From positions 138,863,616 through 138,927,615 of the forward strand of contig NC_068984.1 in assembly GCF_001194135.2 (NCBI RefSeq): DNA of 64,000 bases, written 5' to 3'. A program made the translations under genes and the position numbers. Every line of letters starts with the position of its first letter. The stretch's first letter is position 1. The notes beneath the pieces were generated by a model. It was not told the DNA's origin. It saw only the letters and a program-made list of their open reading frames with translations, and did no database searches. Positions 1-12,890 of the stretch are shown in pieces. Source of the stretch: Octopus bimaculoides (taxonomy: Eukaryota).

Positions 1-14
1 ATATATGTATGTAT

Positions 15-350
15 ACTCTTTTACTTGTTTCAGTCATTTGACTGTGGCCATGCTAGAGCACCGCCTTTAGTCGAGCAAATCGACCCCAGGACTTATTCAT
101 TGTAAGCCTAGTACTTATTCTATCGGTATCTTTTGCCGAACCACTAGGTTACGGGAACGTAAACACACCAGCATCGGTTGTCAAGCGATGTTGGGGGACA
201 AACACAGACACACAGGCACACACACACACATATATATATGTACATATATACGACGGGCTTCTTTCAGTTTCCGTCTACCAAATCCACTGAACCCGGAACC
301 ATGTGGTTGCTAAGCAAGCTACTTACCACACAGCCACTCCTACGCCTATA
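15..350 (-). mobile_element. tRNA-derived SINE, family A, with internal microsatellite and an ~70 bp internal deletion
   Basis: The reverse complement gives the head AGGAGTGGCTGTGTGGTAAGTAGCTTGC..GGTTCCGGGTTCAG (A/B-box like). Body and tail (CAGCATGGCCACAGTCAAATGACTGAAACAAGTAAAAGAG) match the copies at 31452-31832 and 43125-43750. Confidence 0.85.
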
Positions 351-909
351 CTACATTCCTACGCCCACTCAACGTTCATAAATACCAAGTAAAGAGCTAT
401 GTGTTATTTGAAATTTATATTAAAAGATTTGCTAACGGTCAACTTTTATTTCTACTATGTTTTTAAGTGAATAGGAAACTAGTTCTAGGATGTGAGATTG
501 AGTAATAGTTTTTCATTTAAGAATGACAAGTCAACAATCAATAGACAATATAGTTATTATATGTCGCTTCCGTTATCTAAAAATCATCTAGATAAATTAA
601 AAAAAAAAAAAAGAAAAAATAAGTAACAATAAGATAACCTGACGAAATACGTACAAACTTGAGTAAAGATGTTTTAAAAGTGAACAACTTCCGTTATTGT
701 CACGAAGTATAATAATATGGAATTGATCTCCATTAAGTATTGAAGAAAAGTATTTTTTTAAAGATAAATGACTATTTCCTCGATATATTTAGTATATAGC
801 GAAAATAGCATTATGTTTTTCAAAAGGAAATCTAATATATATATATATATATATATAGGTGAGAAAGTTGGTATGCGAAAGCACGTGGTTGGATGTATAA
901 ATGATAATA

Positions 910-1070
910 AGAGTGAAAAAACTACAGAAGGCTTGTGTTACATGGTTAAAGTATATATTTAAATTATGTCAGAAAAATGTTATAAAATCTTTTTGGTATA
1001 TAAACATTGTATTTTGAGAAATAACCGGTTTCGTGTTGTCTTTTCAAATTTCTCTACTTCATTGTAACAT
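910..1070. repeat. Dispersed repeat, second copy at ~51430-51590
   Basis: Shared blocks include ATGGTTAAAG..TATATTTAAA and GAGAAATAACCGGTTTCGT.TT.TCTTTTCAAATTTCTC. Class unknown. Confidence 0.65.
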
Positions 1071-1303
1071 GCGTTCGCTCTAGTCTGAAAAGAAGAACTA
1101 TATTAATACATAATTAAGTCAAACTTACCCTATGGTCAAGAACGCATTTAGTAACATCCATGCTTGAACACCCAAATATATGCATGCCGTTATACAATTA
1201 TGCATTCATGCATATTTGAATAGATACGTACACATATATCCATAACCATATATACATATTTGCATAGACACTTATAGATTCGTATAAATATATGCATTTA
1301 AGC

Positions 1304-1582
1304 CAATGTTTCCCAACCGATTTTCCATTAGGCCCCACTATAACTTACCAGAAAAATGTATGCCCCACTGGTGGTTGGAAAACAAACTTTATTTTTGATA
1401 TTTGTTTTATATTTATTTAATAAAAAGAATCTACCAGTAACTCTTTTTATTTAGTACCGAGTACAAAAATGAGAGTACTTTATTAATTAACGAAGAAAGA
1501 AAAGAAAAATTGGATCCCTCACCCCACTACAATTTTCCCAGGCCCAACCGGTGGGACATATGCCTCACGTTGGGAATCCCTG
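1304..1582. mobile_element. hAT (Charlie-like) MITE
   Basis: Imperfect TIRs CAATGTTTCCCAAC / GTTGGGAATCCCTG. 8-bp flanks ATTTAAGC (1296-1303) and ATGTATGC (1583-1590) match at 6/8. Confidence 0.6.
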
Positions 1583-2227
1583 ATGTATGCATATACGTAT
1601 ATTGACATATGTAGTCAGATATATACGTATATTTATATAAGCGTAAGTTCATGGCGCATGTTATCGGTTCCATATCATTTACAAGAGTGACAGTGAGAGA
1701 GAGAGAGAGAGAGAGGTGGGGGGGGGGNNNNNNNNNNNNNNNNNNNNNNNNNNNNNNNNNNNNNNNNNNNNNNNNNNNNNNNNNNNNNNNNNNNNNNNNN
1801 NNNNNNNNNNNNNNNNNNNNNNNNNNNNNNNNNNNNNNNNNNNNNNNNNNNNNNNNNNNNNNNNNNNNNNNNNNNNNNNNNNNNNNNNNNNNNNNNNNNN
1901 NNNNNNNNNNNNNNNNNNNNNNNNNNNNNNNNNNNNNNNNNNNNNNNNNNNNNNNNNNNNNNNNNNNNNNNNNNNNNNNNNNNNNNNNNNNNNNNNNNNN
2001 NNNNNNNNNNNNNNNNNNNNNNNNNNNNNNNNNNNNNNNNNNNNNNNNNNNNNNNNNNNNNNNNNNNNNNNNNNNNNNNNNNNNNNNNNNNNNNNNNNNN
2101 NNNNNNNNNNNNNNNNNNNNNNNNNNNNNNNNNNNNNNNNNNNNNNNNNNNNNNNNNNNNNNNNNNNNNNNNNNNNNNNNNNNNNNNNNNNNNNNNNNNN
2201 NNNNNNNNNNNNNNNNNNNATATATAG

Positions 2228-2265
<38 letters not shown>

Positions 2266-2344
2266 GATAAGAAAATGGAGGAAAAACAACAAATGGAAGT
2301 GTATCTTTGGTGATAAAATGCCATTATTTAATTAGCTAAGCAAA

Positions 2345-3290
2345 GTGAAGGTAAAAGTGAATATGAGATTAGAACTAATTAAGAAACAATTATATAATTT
2401 TTTAAAAAGATTCGGCCTATCTATTACTACAGAAAAAGAACATGACTCTATAAATTACTTAGACACCAACTGCAACCTAGTCACGGGACTCCACGAACTC
2501 TACATAAAGCTTAATACAAACCTCAACTATATAAACGCATCCAGTAGCCATCCAAACTCGATTAAAAGAGGATTAGTACATAACATTAGCAAAAATAATA
2601 TTAAATATAAACGAAATAGCAATAAGATCTGGTTAATAATCCCCTTCGCCATGCAGCTTAAATATAACATAGTTCACTCTATAATGAGACTTATAGATAA
2701 GCACTTGAACTTAAATGACAAATACTCAGGAATCTTTAAGAATAAAATTAAAGTAGGCCGTAACCTAAGTAGTAACCTGGCTACCATCATAGCCTCGGTC
2801 AACAATAATAAGCTAGACGCCTTCTACGAAACTAGGAAAAATACCAACATAACTGCCAACAGGCAAATGGAATAAATCTCGTCCCTAATAACTCGCTCTG
2901 ATAAATAATAACCCCCCCCCCCACAACATAGCACAAGCACAGATAAACTGAATAATTTATGTGGCTGCAGAGACAGAAATAAGTGTCAATTCTCCAATAG
3001 GTGTAAAACAAAAAACGTCATATAACAATGCGATATAATCACAAACAACCATACGAAATCTTATATAGGAGCCACGAAAAAGGAAATGATACTTAGATAC
3101 AATTCCCACCAATCTACCTTTAGAAATAGAAGTAAAGCAAACTCTATAGGACTTAGTAGCTACATCTGGGAATTATAAGACAAAAAATTCAACTATAGTT
3201 GAGAATGGCGTATCCTAGCAAAACCTTCGTCTTATACTATTAACAATAAGCGCTGTGAGCTCTGTATAACAGAGAAACTGGATAAGACAA
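2345..3290 (+). mobile_element. Penelope-like element 1: degraded RT C-terminus/thumb, linker and GIY-YIG endonuclease
   Basis: The ORF carries INYLDTNCNL and LNYINASSSHPNSI (PLE RT motif 7/thumb). Positions 2960-3280 translate as CGCRDRNKC..NVI*QC..SYIGATK..RYNSHQSTF..GLSSYIWEL..EWRIL..CELCITEK with in-frame stops. Confidence 0.85.
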
Positions 3291-3429
3291 ATTAGACTCC
3301 ACACGTACACATATAACACTAGGTAACAGTAACGGTAACAATAACAGCTAGCAATACCAGGCCCTATAATCCACCTCTAATTTCTAGAAATATAGATCTT
3401 TCCCCTTAAGCAATCAAAAACAAAAAACT

Positions 3430-5400
3430 GTGGACGCTCTATTCTATGGTATACACCTCCCTTCTCAGTAAATGTTAAGAACTTAGCCAAATCCTTTTTT
3501 GATATATTAGACTCCAACGTCCCTCTACAACATAAATATTACTCTACCTTTAATATACCTACTTTAAACTCTCCTACTCTTCCCCGCCCACTTTTGAGGC
3601 TATGTGATAGACAAAAACTTACTCTCTGTTATCAAAATATACACCAAAATAACTCCGAATACACTAGCACCCAACACATACATAGTTCCAACAACGAACC
3701 CACTACTTTAGACCATAACGAAAATCCAACCACTCCTAGTACCCTGAGCTTCACCACAAATACAGGTAGGATAAATAATAGCAACGATAAAAATAATAAT
3801 AATTATAATAGTAATAATAATGCTAACAACATAGACTAATATATCCCATATCTAACCTCTCCCTAGGCAGTATTATTTCAACTCTTGAGAATAATCCCCC
3901 GCAATGCACTACCATGTAACTGCCGCCCTGGGACCATTTGCCCTGTACACACCCGTTTCAGAAGGTCTAACGTAATTTACAAATGCACCGTCTTTTATAT
4001 GCTACACAATTCTACAATCATATATATAGGATCAACTATAAACTTTAAACAGAGATACGTTGCACATCTCAATTCTTTTAGATATGAGAAACAGCCAATC
4101 CACAACCCTCGCCAGTCACATACATCATCTTACAAATAGAAATATTCCATATAACATATCATGGAACATAATAGATTCAGGGTTTCCATACCAGGATCAA
4201 CGCTCAGCCTGTAAGTTATGCCTAAAAGAGGCATTCCATATATTAAAACATAATTCTTCACTACTACTAAATATGTATAATGAGGCCCTAGGTACATGCA
4301 ACCACCAATTCTTTCACACCTTCAAATTTTACTACAGATTTAAAAGCAAATTAAATCACCACACAGTACATATACCAAACACCCCTAGGTAACCTCGAAC
4401 AACCTTATTTGATTTTCCAATTACTTAATTTTTGAATTGTTTAAATATATATGTGTGTGTGTGCGTGTGTGTCCATGTGTGTGTGTGTGTATACATGTAT
4501 GCGCAGGCCTATATAATAGCTCATATATACACATTTATATGTATATGTGTGCGTGTCTACACATTTTTCTTACTCTCACTGATATATCAGTCACCACTAT
4601 CACTTTAGCTAGTGTAATCTCTGACTACATATAAACGCCTATGTCCTATTTTTAGAAACTTGACCATTATATCTTCTTATTCTTCCCTTCCTTTCTGAGG
4701 TTTACCAGTCATGTTTAGTACCAACTCCGTAACACATTCTTTATCTATCTCTCCACCTTAGTAGCTTTGCAAACATATTACCCCACTTCCAACTTCTCAT
4801 ACATATTCCTTCCATGTATTCTTATCTCTTCTTTCTATCCCTCCTCCTAATATTTTTATCTACTGATAGCCCTCCTCACCCTACCTCCTCATACTATCTT
4901 GATCACCACCCAGCACTCTTTTTTACCTTTTCTCTTTCTCTTTCTCTTTCCCCTTTCCACCCCTAATCCTTTTCACCAATACCATTTTCTCCCTTCTACC
5001 ATACTTATCTCTTCTCTCCTCTCTATCTACTTTCCCTTACCAGTTTATTCTCATAATTTCATTTACACTACAAGATGCTTTTGAATGAACAGTATATGGA
5101 AATAATATCTCAACACTATCTATTTGAAATAACAAAATATGAATTCCTATCAGAATTTACATAGCATGGACAAGAAGCCTCTTTACCTATTCTACATAGC
5201 ACATTTCTCAGATAATGGACGAGCAACTTTAACAACCATCATATATTTTTATTCTCATATTTCCCTTTATACTTCCTGTATCTTTCCCTTTCCAAAATAA
5301 CGTCTTATATAATGAACTCTACTATTTCCTTCTACTGAAACTCTTACACATCGTCTCAGATGATGGGATATTTTTTATATCCCTGAAACAGCCGTAAGAC
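3430..5400 (+). mobile_element. Penelope-like element 2: linker, frameshifted GIY-YIG, pyrimidine-rich 3' region and terminal hammerhead
   Basis: RSILWYTPPFSVNVKNLAKSFFDILD at 3435; CNCRPGTICP..NVIYKC..IYIGSTINFKQRYVAHLNSF at 3885-4100; STTLASHIHHL..SWNII..CKLCLKEAFHI..LLN..CNH at 4100-4330. Confidence 0.85.
5353..5400 (+). ncRNA. Degenerate type-I hammerhead ribozyme motif
   Basis: GTCT-CAGATGA-T-GGGATAT(TTTTT)ATATCCC-T-GAAAC-AGCC-GTA-AGAC gives a 4-bp stem I, a 7-bp stem II and a GUA site. Core U4 is changed to A. Confidence 0.7.
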
Positions 5401-5486
5401 TACCTTTATTTCTATAATTGTCAGAAATATCACACTGCGTCGGCCTTGTTATCTTGTTTTATTTAACATATACCTAAATACACACA

Positions 5487-5520
<34 letters not shown>

Positions 5521-5526
5521 CAAACA

Positions 5527-5570
<44 letters not shown>

Positions 5571-6140
5571 TATGTACACACATATTTGTGCTACTGTGTA
5601 GATTTACGAACGTACGTACGCATGTATGTATGTATGTATGTATTTATGTATGTATACTAATCCCTAATCTCAGCCAGTAAACAGTGCACGTTACAAGTAA
5701 AACGAAGCGAAAATATTCAATATTAATTTTGTTCATATCATTCACAAGTTATTATGCTGTGTCCACTATTCGCCTATTGAATGATGGAACTTATCATCCG
5801 CTAATACTGTTTGAAGTTGATACAAGAAGATTGTGAATTTCCGAATCATACAAGTATTCTAAATATGTCTACTCACGCGAAAATTGGTCACTGATGAACA
5901 TACACACACATGTGTGCTTTCATTCATTTATAGTCATATTAGCACGTGACTATGTATGTGCCTGTATATGTGTGTGCGCGCGTGCGTGTATATGTGTGCG
6001 TGCACGCGCGTATTTGGGTGTATGTGTGGGTGAAGGAATGTAAGTCTGATGGATCAAGCTGGAGAAATAAAATTCAGGACCAGTGCATGTCTTTAATAGA
6101 CAGAATACTAAGAAAATGCCTTGAGAGCTGAGAGTTTCTT

Positions 6141-6172
<32 letters not shown>

Positions 6173-7263
6173 NNNNNNNNNNNNNNNNNNNNNNNNNNNN
6201 NNNNNNNNNNNNNNNNNNNNNNNNNNNNNNNNNNNNNNNNNNNNNNNNNNNNNNNNNNNNNNNNNNNNNNNNNNNNNNNNNNNNNNNNNNNNNNNNNNNN
6301 NNNNNNNNNNNNNNNNNNNNNNNNNNNNNNNNNNNNNNNNNNNNNNNNNNNNNNNNNNNNNNNNNNNNNNNNNNNNNNNNNNNNNNNNNNNNNNNNNNNN
6401 NNNNNNNNNNNNNNNNNNNNNNNNNNNNNNNNNNNNNNNNNNNNNNNNNNNNNNNNNNNNNNNNNNNNNNNNNNNNNNNNNNNNNNNNNNNNNNNNNNNN
6501 NNNNNNNNNNNNNNNNNNNNNNNNNNNNNNNNNNNNNNNNNNNNNNNNNNNNNNNNNNNNNNNNNNNNNNNNNNNNNNNNNNNNNNNNNNNNNNNNNNNN
6601 NNNNNNNNNNNNNNNNNNNNNNNNNNNNNNNNNNNNNNNNNNNNNNNNNNNNNNNNNNNNNNNNNNNNNNNNNNNNNNNNNNNNNNNNNNNNNNNNNNNN
6701 NNNNNNNNNNNNNNNNNNNNNNNNNNNNNNNNNNNNNNNNNNNNNNNNNNNNNNNNNNNNNNNNNNNNNNNNNNNNNNNNNNNNNNNNNNNNNNNNNNNN
6801 NNNNNNNNNNNNNNNNNNNNNNNNNNNNNNNNNNNNNNNNNNNNNNNNNNNNNNNNNNNNNNNNNNNNNNNNNNNNNNNNNNNNNNNNNNNNNNNNNNNN
6901 NNNNNNNNNNNNNNNNNNNNNNNNNNNNNNNNNNNNNNNNNNNNNNNNNNNNNNNNNNNNNNNNNNNNNNNNNNNNNNNNNNNNNNNNNNNNNNNNNNNN
7001 NNNNNNNNNNNNNNNNNNNNNNNNNNNNNNNNNNNNNNNNNNNNNNNACGTAAAAACTCAATTAATATATATATATAATATTAGGGACAAAATCCAAAAT
7101 TACACGTAAAAACTCAATTAATATATATATATAATAATAATAATAATATATATATATATTATTGTATTTGAGGATGGTCATGTTGCCAGTTTAGCCAAGA
7201 CAAACACACGCAATATATATTTGGTGTTCACATCATCTTTATTTTATATTAATTGTATTTCGG

Positions 7264-7300
7264 CCAGATTTCTTTCGTCACCCTGTGACCTCATCAATGG
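7264..7300 (-). ncRNA. Degenerate type-I hammerhead ribozyme motif downstream of PLE 3
   Basis: Minus strand reads CCA-TTGATGA-G-GTCAC(AGG)GTGAC-GAAA-GAAA-TC-TGG. Stems I and II pair; C3 is changed to U and stem III is imperfect. Confidence 0.55.
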
Positions 7301-7459
7301 TCTTTTGCTTTCTTCTTTCTTTTTTTTTTGCATTTAATTTAATTTAGTTTATTTTGTTAATGTATATACTTATTTAATTCCATTTATTTATCTGTGTATT
7401 ATATTATATTCATATTATTATCAGTTTATGAGGAACTTATTCTGTCATAGGTTGTGGTG

Positions 7460-8035
7460 TGTTGGGATGTGTGCTATTGCTCCATTCTAATTCCCTATTC
7501 AGGCTAGGTTTATCTTCTATTATGTGCGTAGCTTCCGTAATTTGCCTAAGCGTTGCGTCTGTTCTATGTGTGGGCAAGATTTTAAATTCTAAGTTGTTGA
7601 GTGAGTCCCCATGTTCCTACTCGGCGTGCTGGTACAGAACCGATGAGCTCTTCTTTTCCTTAAGTTCCCTCCAATGCTCATTTATCCGCTCTCCTATACT
7701 CTGTGCTCTCTCCCCTACATACGCCGTTGTCATGTTACGTCCCCGTCCCTCTGTACAGCTTATATTATAGACTACAATCCTAGATTTACAGTTTGTTTGT
7801 GGGCTAAATCTACATACAATACAGTTCCTATCAGTACGGGGGGGGGGGTTATCCTAAAAGGGTAGGTTCTACCGATTAGGTATTTGATAGGGTTGCCTGG
7901 CCTTTCTACTACCTTAATTCTTAGCTTAAGTTTGTCTAAAGCCCTTCTAAAGCGATACGCTAGTTCGCCTCTAGGGGTGGTGTCGGCAAAAATGCTCTTC
8001 CCATGGTTTTGAAGTGCAAAAATAAAATTGGCCAA
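7460..8035 (-). mobile_element. Penelope-like element 3 (different lineage): linker and GIY-YIG
   Basis: IFADTTPRGELAYRFRRALDKLKLRIKVVERPGNPIKYLI, then CKSRIVVYNISC..AYVGERAQSIGERINEH..SVLYQHAE*EH..FKIL..LRQITEATHI..PSLNRELEW (hand-translated). Confidence 0.85.
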
Positions 8036-8553
8036 ATAGGTCCGGAGTGGGATGATGAGGGAGGGGGTTGTAAAAAGAAAAGAGTTTTCAAAACTTTTTC
8101 ATNNNNNNNNNNNNNNNNNNNNNNNNNNNNNNNNNNNNNNNNNNNNNNNNNNNNNNNNNNNNNNNNNNNNNNNNNNNNNNNNNNNNNNNNNNNNNNNNNN
8201 NNNNNNNNNNNNNNNNNNNNNNNNNNNNNNNNNNNNNNNNNNNNNNNNNNNNNNNNNNNNNNNNNNNNNNNNNNNNNNNNNNNNNNNNNNNNNNNNNNNN
8301 NNNNNNNNNNNNNNNNNNNNNNNNNNNNNNNNNNNNNNNNNNNNNNNNNNNNNNNNNNNNNNNNNNNNNNNNNNNNNNNNNNNNNNNNNNNNNNNNNNNN
8401 NNNNNNNNNNATCCTTATATACTCTAAGCGGTATTTGTATAAAATTTTGTTAAAAAGTATACATTTTATTGGTTGTTATGAGGCAACAAAGTCGGGAGCG
8501 TATACATCTGTTGTAATGCTCTTTTATTTTATTTTATTTATTTTTGCTTGCCT

Positions 8554-8850
8554 TTAACCCTCCAACGCGGAGTATAGGCCACTTACAATTGAATTCCATG
8601 TCGCATAATTTCTCGCTTCTGTACTTATACTCTGCCATGAATGTCCCCCTTTCTCTAGTTTCTTTTGTGTTGATCTACGCCACGAGTTCTTAGGCCTACC
8701 CCTCTTTCTATATCCATCCTGATCCCACTGTAAAGAACTTTTCGCTACATTTGGTGTGTCGTTTCTAATTGTGCTACCAATCCTCTTCCACTTTTTCTTA
8801 AATATTTGCTCCCTAATCGAAACTTGATTCGTTCTTTGCCATAGCTCCAT
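8554..8850 (-). mobile_element. RTE-type LINE 3' end fragment
   Basis: IFKKKWKRIGSTIR..LQWDQDGYRKRGRPKNSWRR..SW..ARNYATWNSIVSGLYS resembles the RTE RT C-terminus. Confidence 0.75.
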
Positions 8851-9003
8851 ATTGCCCTTTTATTTATACGATTTTTTCATTTCATGTTTATTTCATTCAT
8901 TATTTGCAATGTTCTTTCTCCCCCCCCCTCTCTCTCTCTCTCTCTCATACTGCAAAGCTTACAGATGGGCTGCTGAATTGTAATCTCTATGTGATTCCTG
9001 GTA

Positions 9004-9802
9004 TCTCTAGCATTCTAAATGACCACGTAGAGGATGGGCTACTTTTGAATACGTTTAAAAGAGAGAGAGTTAAGTCAACATAATACCTATTTCATAAATT
9101 CTAGCGATGTCTTTCTGTGTTTGGTATTATTCTAAATTGATTTACTGATCGAATGAACACGATTGGACGAATAAAGGAGACAAATGAAAATTAGACGTTA
9201 CATGCAAGAAAAATTATACAAATTGGGAATCAAAAGTGTAATGTCCCCGTAACTTAGTGGTTCGTTAGAAGAGACTGATGGAATAAATATCAGGCTTAAA
9301 AAGAAAATAAGTACTGCGATCGATTAGTTAAAAAAAAAATCCTCAGGGTGGTGCTCCAGCATGGCCGCAGTCTTATGAGTGAAAAAAGATAAAATATAAA
9401 AGATGAAAAACTACGCCGCTCTTTCCATTCTAGAATTTGTTAACTGAATATTTTTGATAAAATGAGATTTTCCGGAGATAAGAGAATAGTTGAAAAAGAA
9501 ATAAAAAACAGAGTTGAATTTGTTGGTACGACTATTTTCCATGCTATAGGCCTTAGAATAAGCCAATGGGATCCCTGCTATCTCTAGCATTTTAAAAGAC
9601 CACGTAGAAGATGGGCTACTTTTGAATATGTTTAAAAGAGAGAGAGTTAAGTCAATATAATGCCTGACTGTTTCATAAATTCTAGCGATGTTTATTTGTG
9701 TTTGGTATTATTCTAAATTGATTTACTGATCGAATGAACACGATTAGACGAATAAAGGAGACAAATTCAAGGAAAATTATACAAGTTGGGAATCAAAGGT
9801 GT
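9004..9802. repeat. Local direct duplication (~230 bp; 9004-9240 and 9582-9802) with a SINE A 3' fragment (9243-9405) between the copies
   Basis: Both copies read TCTAGCATT.TAAA.GACCACGTAGA.GATGGGCTACTTTTGAATA..GAATAAAGGAGACAAA..GGGAATCAAA.GTGTAA. Confidence 0.85.
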
Positions 9803-10523
9803 AAATATCATAAATAGGGATTAACAGAAACATCGCCCTTCAAGTTAAATGAGACAACCCATAAATTTTAAATTGATAAAATTAATTACGTATGAGCAGT
9901 GAGTGTAATCTTAAAATACAATTAATATAGGCTTCAAATTTCGTACAAAGTCAGAAAAATACAATTAATATTGACAGATGAATACTCCTCTTTTATTTTA
10001 CGTTATAATACACACAACGTTTCTTTTGATTAGAGAAAATAATGAGATAATCTGTAAATACACATCCGTTCTTTTAATTAGAGAAAGCAGATAATCAGTT
10101 AAGATTCTGAGAAACAGCTGCAGAATCGTAGGAGACGAATTCTTGTATAATTGCAGAGCAATGTTGACATAGAAAATCTATGAAAGCGTATTTATCGAAT
10201 ACCAAATTCCGATAGAAATAGAAGAGAACTACTCATTTTGTCCAGATCAGACTTCAAAGAAAACAATCGTTTGTGAGTGTGAAATAATCACTATGTGAGT
10301 ATGGCGATTCAATTAAGTTAATGCGATTTTTTCTTTAAGTATAGTAATACAAAGAGTTTTCTGTCTAGTCAGAAAGGAGAATCTATCAACAAGAACCATT
10401 CAATGAAGCTCATTATCTGACAGGGACCGACTGGATTTCCTTACTGTCCCACTGTAGACACAGAAAAACCGCATCGGGTCCTCCAGGTTGTATATGGATC
10501 GAGTAATATGTAGGCTAATAGAG

Positions 10524-10600
<77 letters not shown>

Positions 10601-10619
10601 AAGAAAGAGAGATAACGTA

Positions 10620-12010
10620 GGTGGTACAAAGTGTAAAGTTGTAGCCTACACAGACCACAAATTTGAGGTTTGCACGGAAGATCTGGATAGGCTTTAAAAG
10701 CAAGGTTCCGGTTATCGGAGCTGAGCTCGTCTTTCCCGGTGCGAAAAGCTTAATGACCAGATTAACGAATTACGTAAGCGGGTTTTCACTGGGGCAATCT
10801 TCAACAACAAATTGTGGTTTACTCTGGAAACAGTGATTAATGAAGAATCGATAAACATTTAATCATATATTTGCGATAAAGAAAAATAGATAAGAGGAAA
10901 AACTAACCAGAGACTTATAAGAGAAACTTAGGAAGGGCATCGCAACTGACATACTTCCTGTGGGATTAGCTCTCGACCAGTTCTGTAAGACAATGCATAA
11001 TCATTGCGTTGTCAGAGCTAAATCGCGTATTCAAAAATACGCGGATCAGAAAACTGTTTGATGAGCTCGAGTGAAAGGCGATCAATGTGATAACAAAACC
11101 ACAGTTTGGTTTTTGACGGACAATGATGAGTGCATGCTACTCAATCTCAAGTAGATGTGTGCACCTTGACAACGGCAATTTCTTAGGATGTTTGGAACAA
11201 GTGGCAGACAGGAACACAAGATGGACATCAATGCTCACATCGACTTCCTCCCACAGGTGCAAAAAGCCGATAACAGTTGATGAAATACAGGAGGGAAGAG
11301 ATTGTTCGATGCATGAGGGGCAAATCGCTTGATTTGGAAAGTCTACCCTACGAACTTTACGGTTATATGCTAGATTTTTTCGGCAAAGTTTGGCAACATC
11401 CATCGTATGGGGTACATCATACAGATGGTGGGGGTGGGGGTCCTGATCAATTCAGATCAAAAGAAAACCTTGGCTAGGATAAACCATTAATATTCGGTGG
11501 TTGTCCAGTCTTCAGGGGTTGGATTCTCGCAATGTATTGCGACATCTGCTCGGTGGCTAGGGTGAATGGCCACATATAGGAACAATTCAGTATAATGCAC
11601 TCAGTCCATCAAGATTGCTCCTTTTCCTCTGTTTTGTATATACTGACTCCCGAGCCGCTGCTGAGAAACCTGAAACATTGAAGATATCCCGCGCAAACTA
11701 GAACGCGTCTCTGTATATACGGACGATATCATCGTAATGAAGCCGGGCACATTGAGGTGATCGGCACCACTGTAAGGGAACACGAAGCAAATAAAGGACC
11801 CGAAGCCAAACGCTAAATTCAGTTGAACTGCAGTTCGGTACATGGAAAAGCAAGTCCATGCTGTTCAATAGCATCGTGGTGCACCGGGCTGACGGACTGG
11901 TTCAGTTTGCTCTTCAGTTGGAGAAAAACTAGGACGTGGTGACGAGCAGGAAAGTTTGGGCAGAGGTGATGATCGCTTATGTCATCCGTTACTGCCTGAA
12001 CGTATGCATT
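10620..12010 (+). mobile_element. Degraded L1/Tx1-clade LINE ORF2 (APE C-terminus to RT)
   Basis: VAYTDHKF..LDR..QGSGY (10640); CVVRAKSR (~11005); KSLDLESLPYELY (~11320); SVHQDCSFSSVLYILTPEPLL (~11600, QG.PLSP-like); VSVYTDDII (~11708, YADD-like). Multiple stops and frameshifts. Confidence 0.75.
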
Positions 12011-12617
12011 GCTTAATTCACATCGGACTGGAATGGGGTGTTTGCTCTCCAGCTTTTAGTAGAGATAGCGCTATATGATACAATGAGGAGNNNNNNNNNN
12101 NNNNNNNNNNNNNNNNNNNNNNNNNNNNNNNNNNNNNNNNNNNNNNNNNNNNNNNNNNNNNNNNNNNNNNNNNNNNNNNNNNNNNNNNNNATATATATAT
12201 ATATATAAAAGACTTATAAAATAACAAAGAAACAAAAAATCAAACAAGAAATAATTCTTCAAAAGGCTGAGAGATTCGAGGGCTGTCCACGGAAACAGTG
12301 GCAGGATGTGTGCGTTCTACCCTGATAGTAAGCTCGCAGCAACCGAAATAAGTTCGATTGAAATTTTCTTAGTGCTCCCCACCAAATAATCCTGTGAATT
12401 TTACAATTCTAAAGAAAGATCTCACAGTTTTCTAATTTGTTTAGTTCCTTCAGTACATTTCTCATTTTCTCTCTCTCTCTCACCTCTAACCCTTTTCACT
12501 ACTACACAATGATGTAACCATTCAACGGCGGATCTTCTATTTTTTAAATACACTATAGACTAAAAATACACGTATAAAACGTGATCTTAAATTATTCTCT
12601 GCGAAAGTATGACAACG

Positions 12618-12620
12618 TAC

Positions 12621-12654
<34 letters not shown>

Positions 12655-12678
12655 ACTCTCTCTGTCTGCCTGCCTGCC

Positions 12679-12745
<67 letters not shown>

Positions 12746-12774
12746 GTCACACACACTCTCTCTTTCTCTCTCTT

Positions 12775-12808
<34 letters not shown>

Positions 12809-12814
12809 TCTCTT

Positions 12815-12845
<31 letters not shown>

Positions 12846-12890
12846 ATCAGTCTTTCTCTCTCTCTCTTTCTCTCTCTCTCTCCGTCTCTC
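12618..12890. repeat. Compound microsatellite (CTGT)n/(CT)n
   Basis: Seen directly in sequence. Confidence 0.95.
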
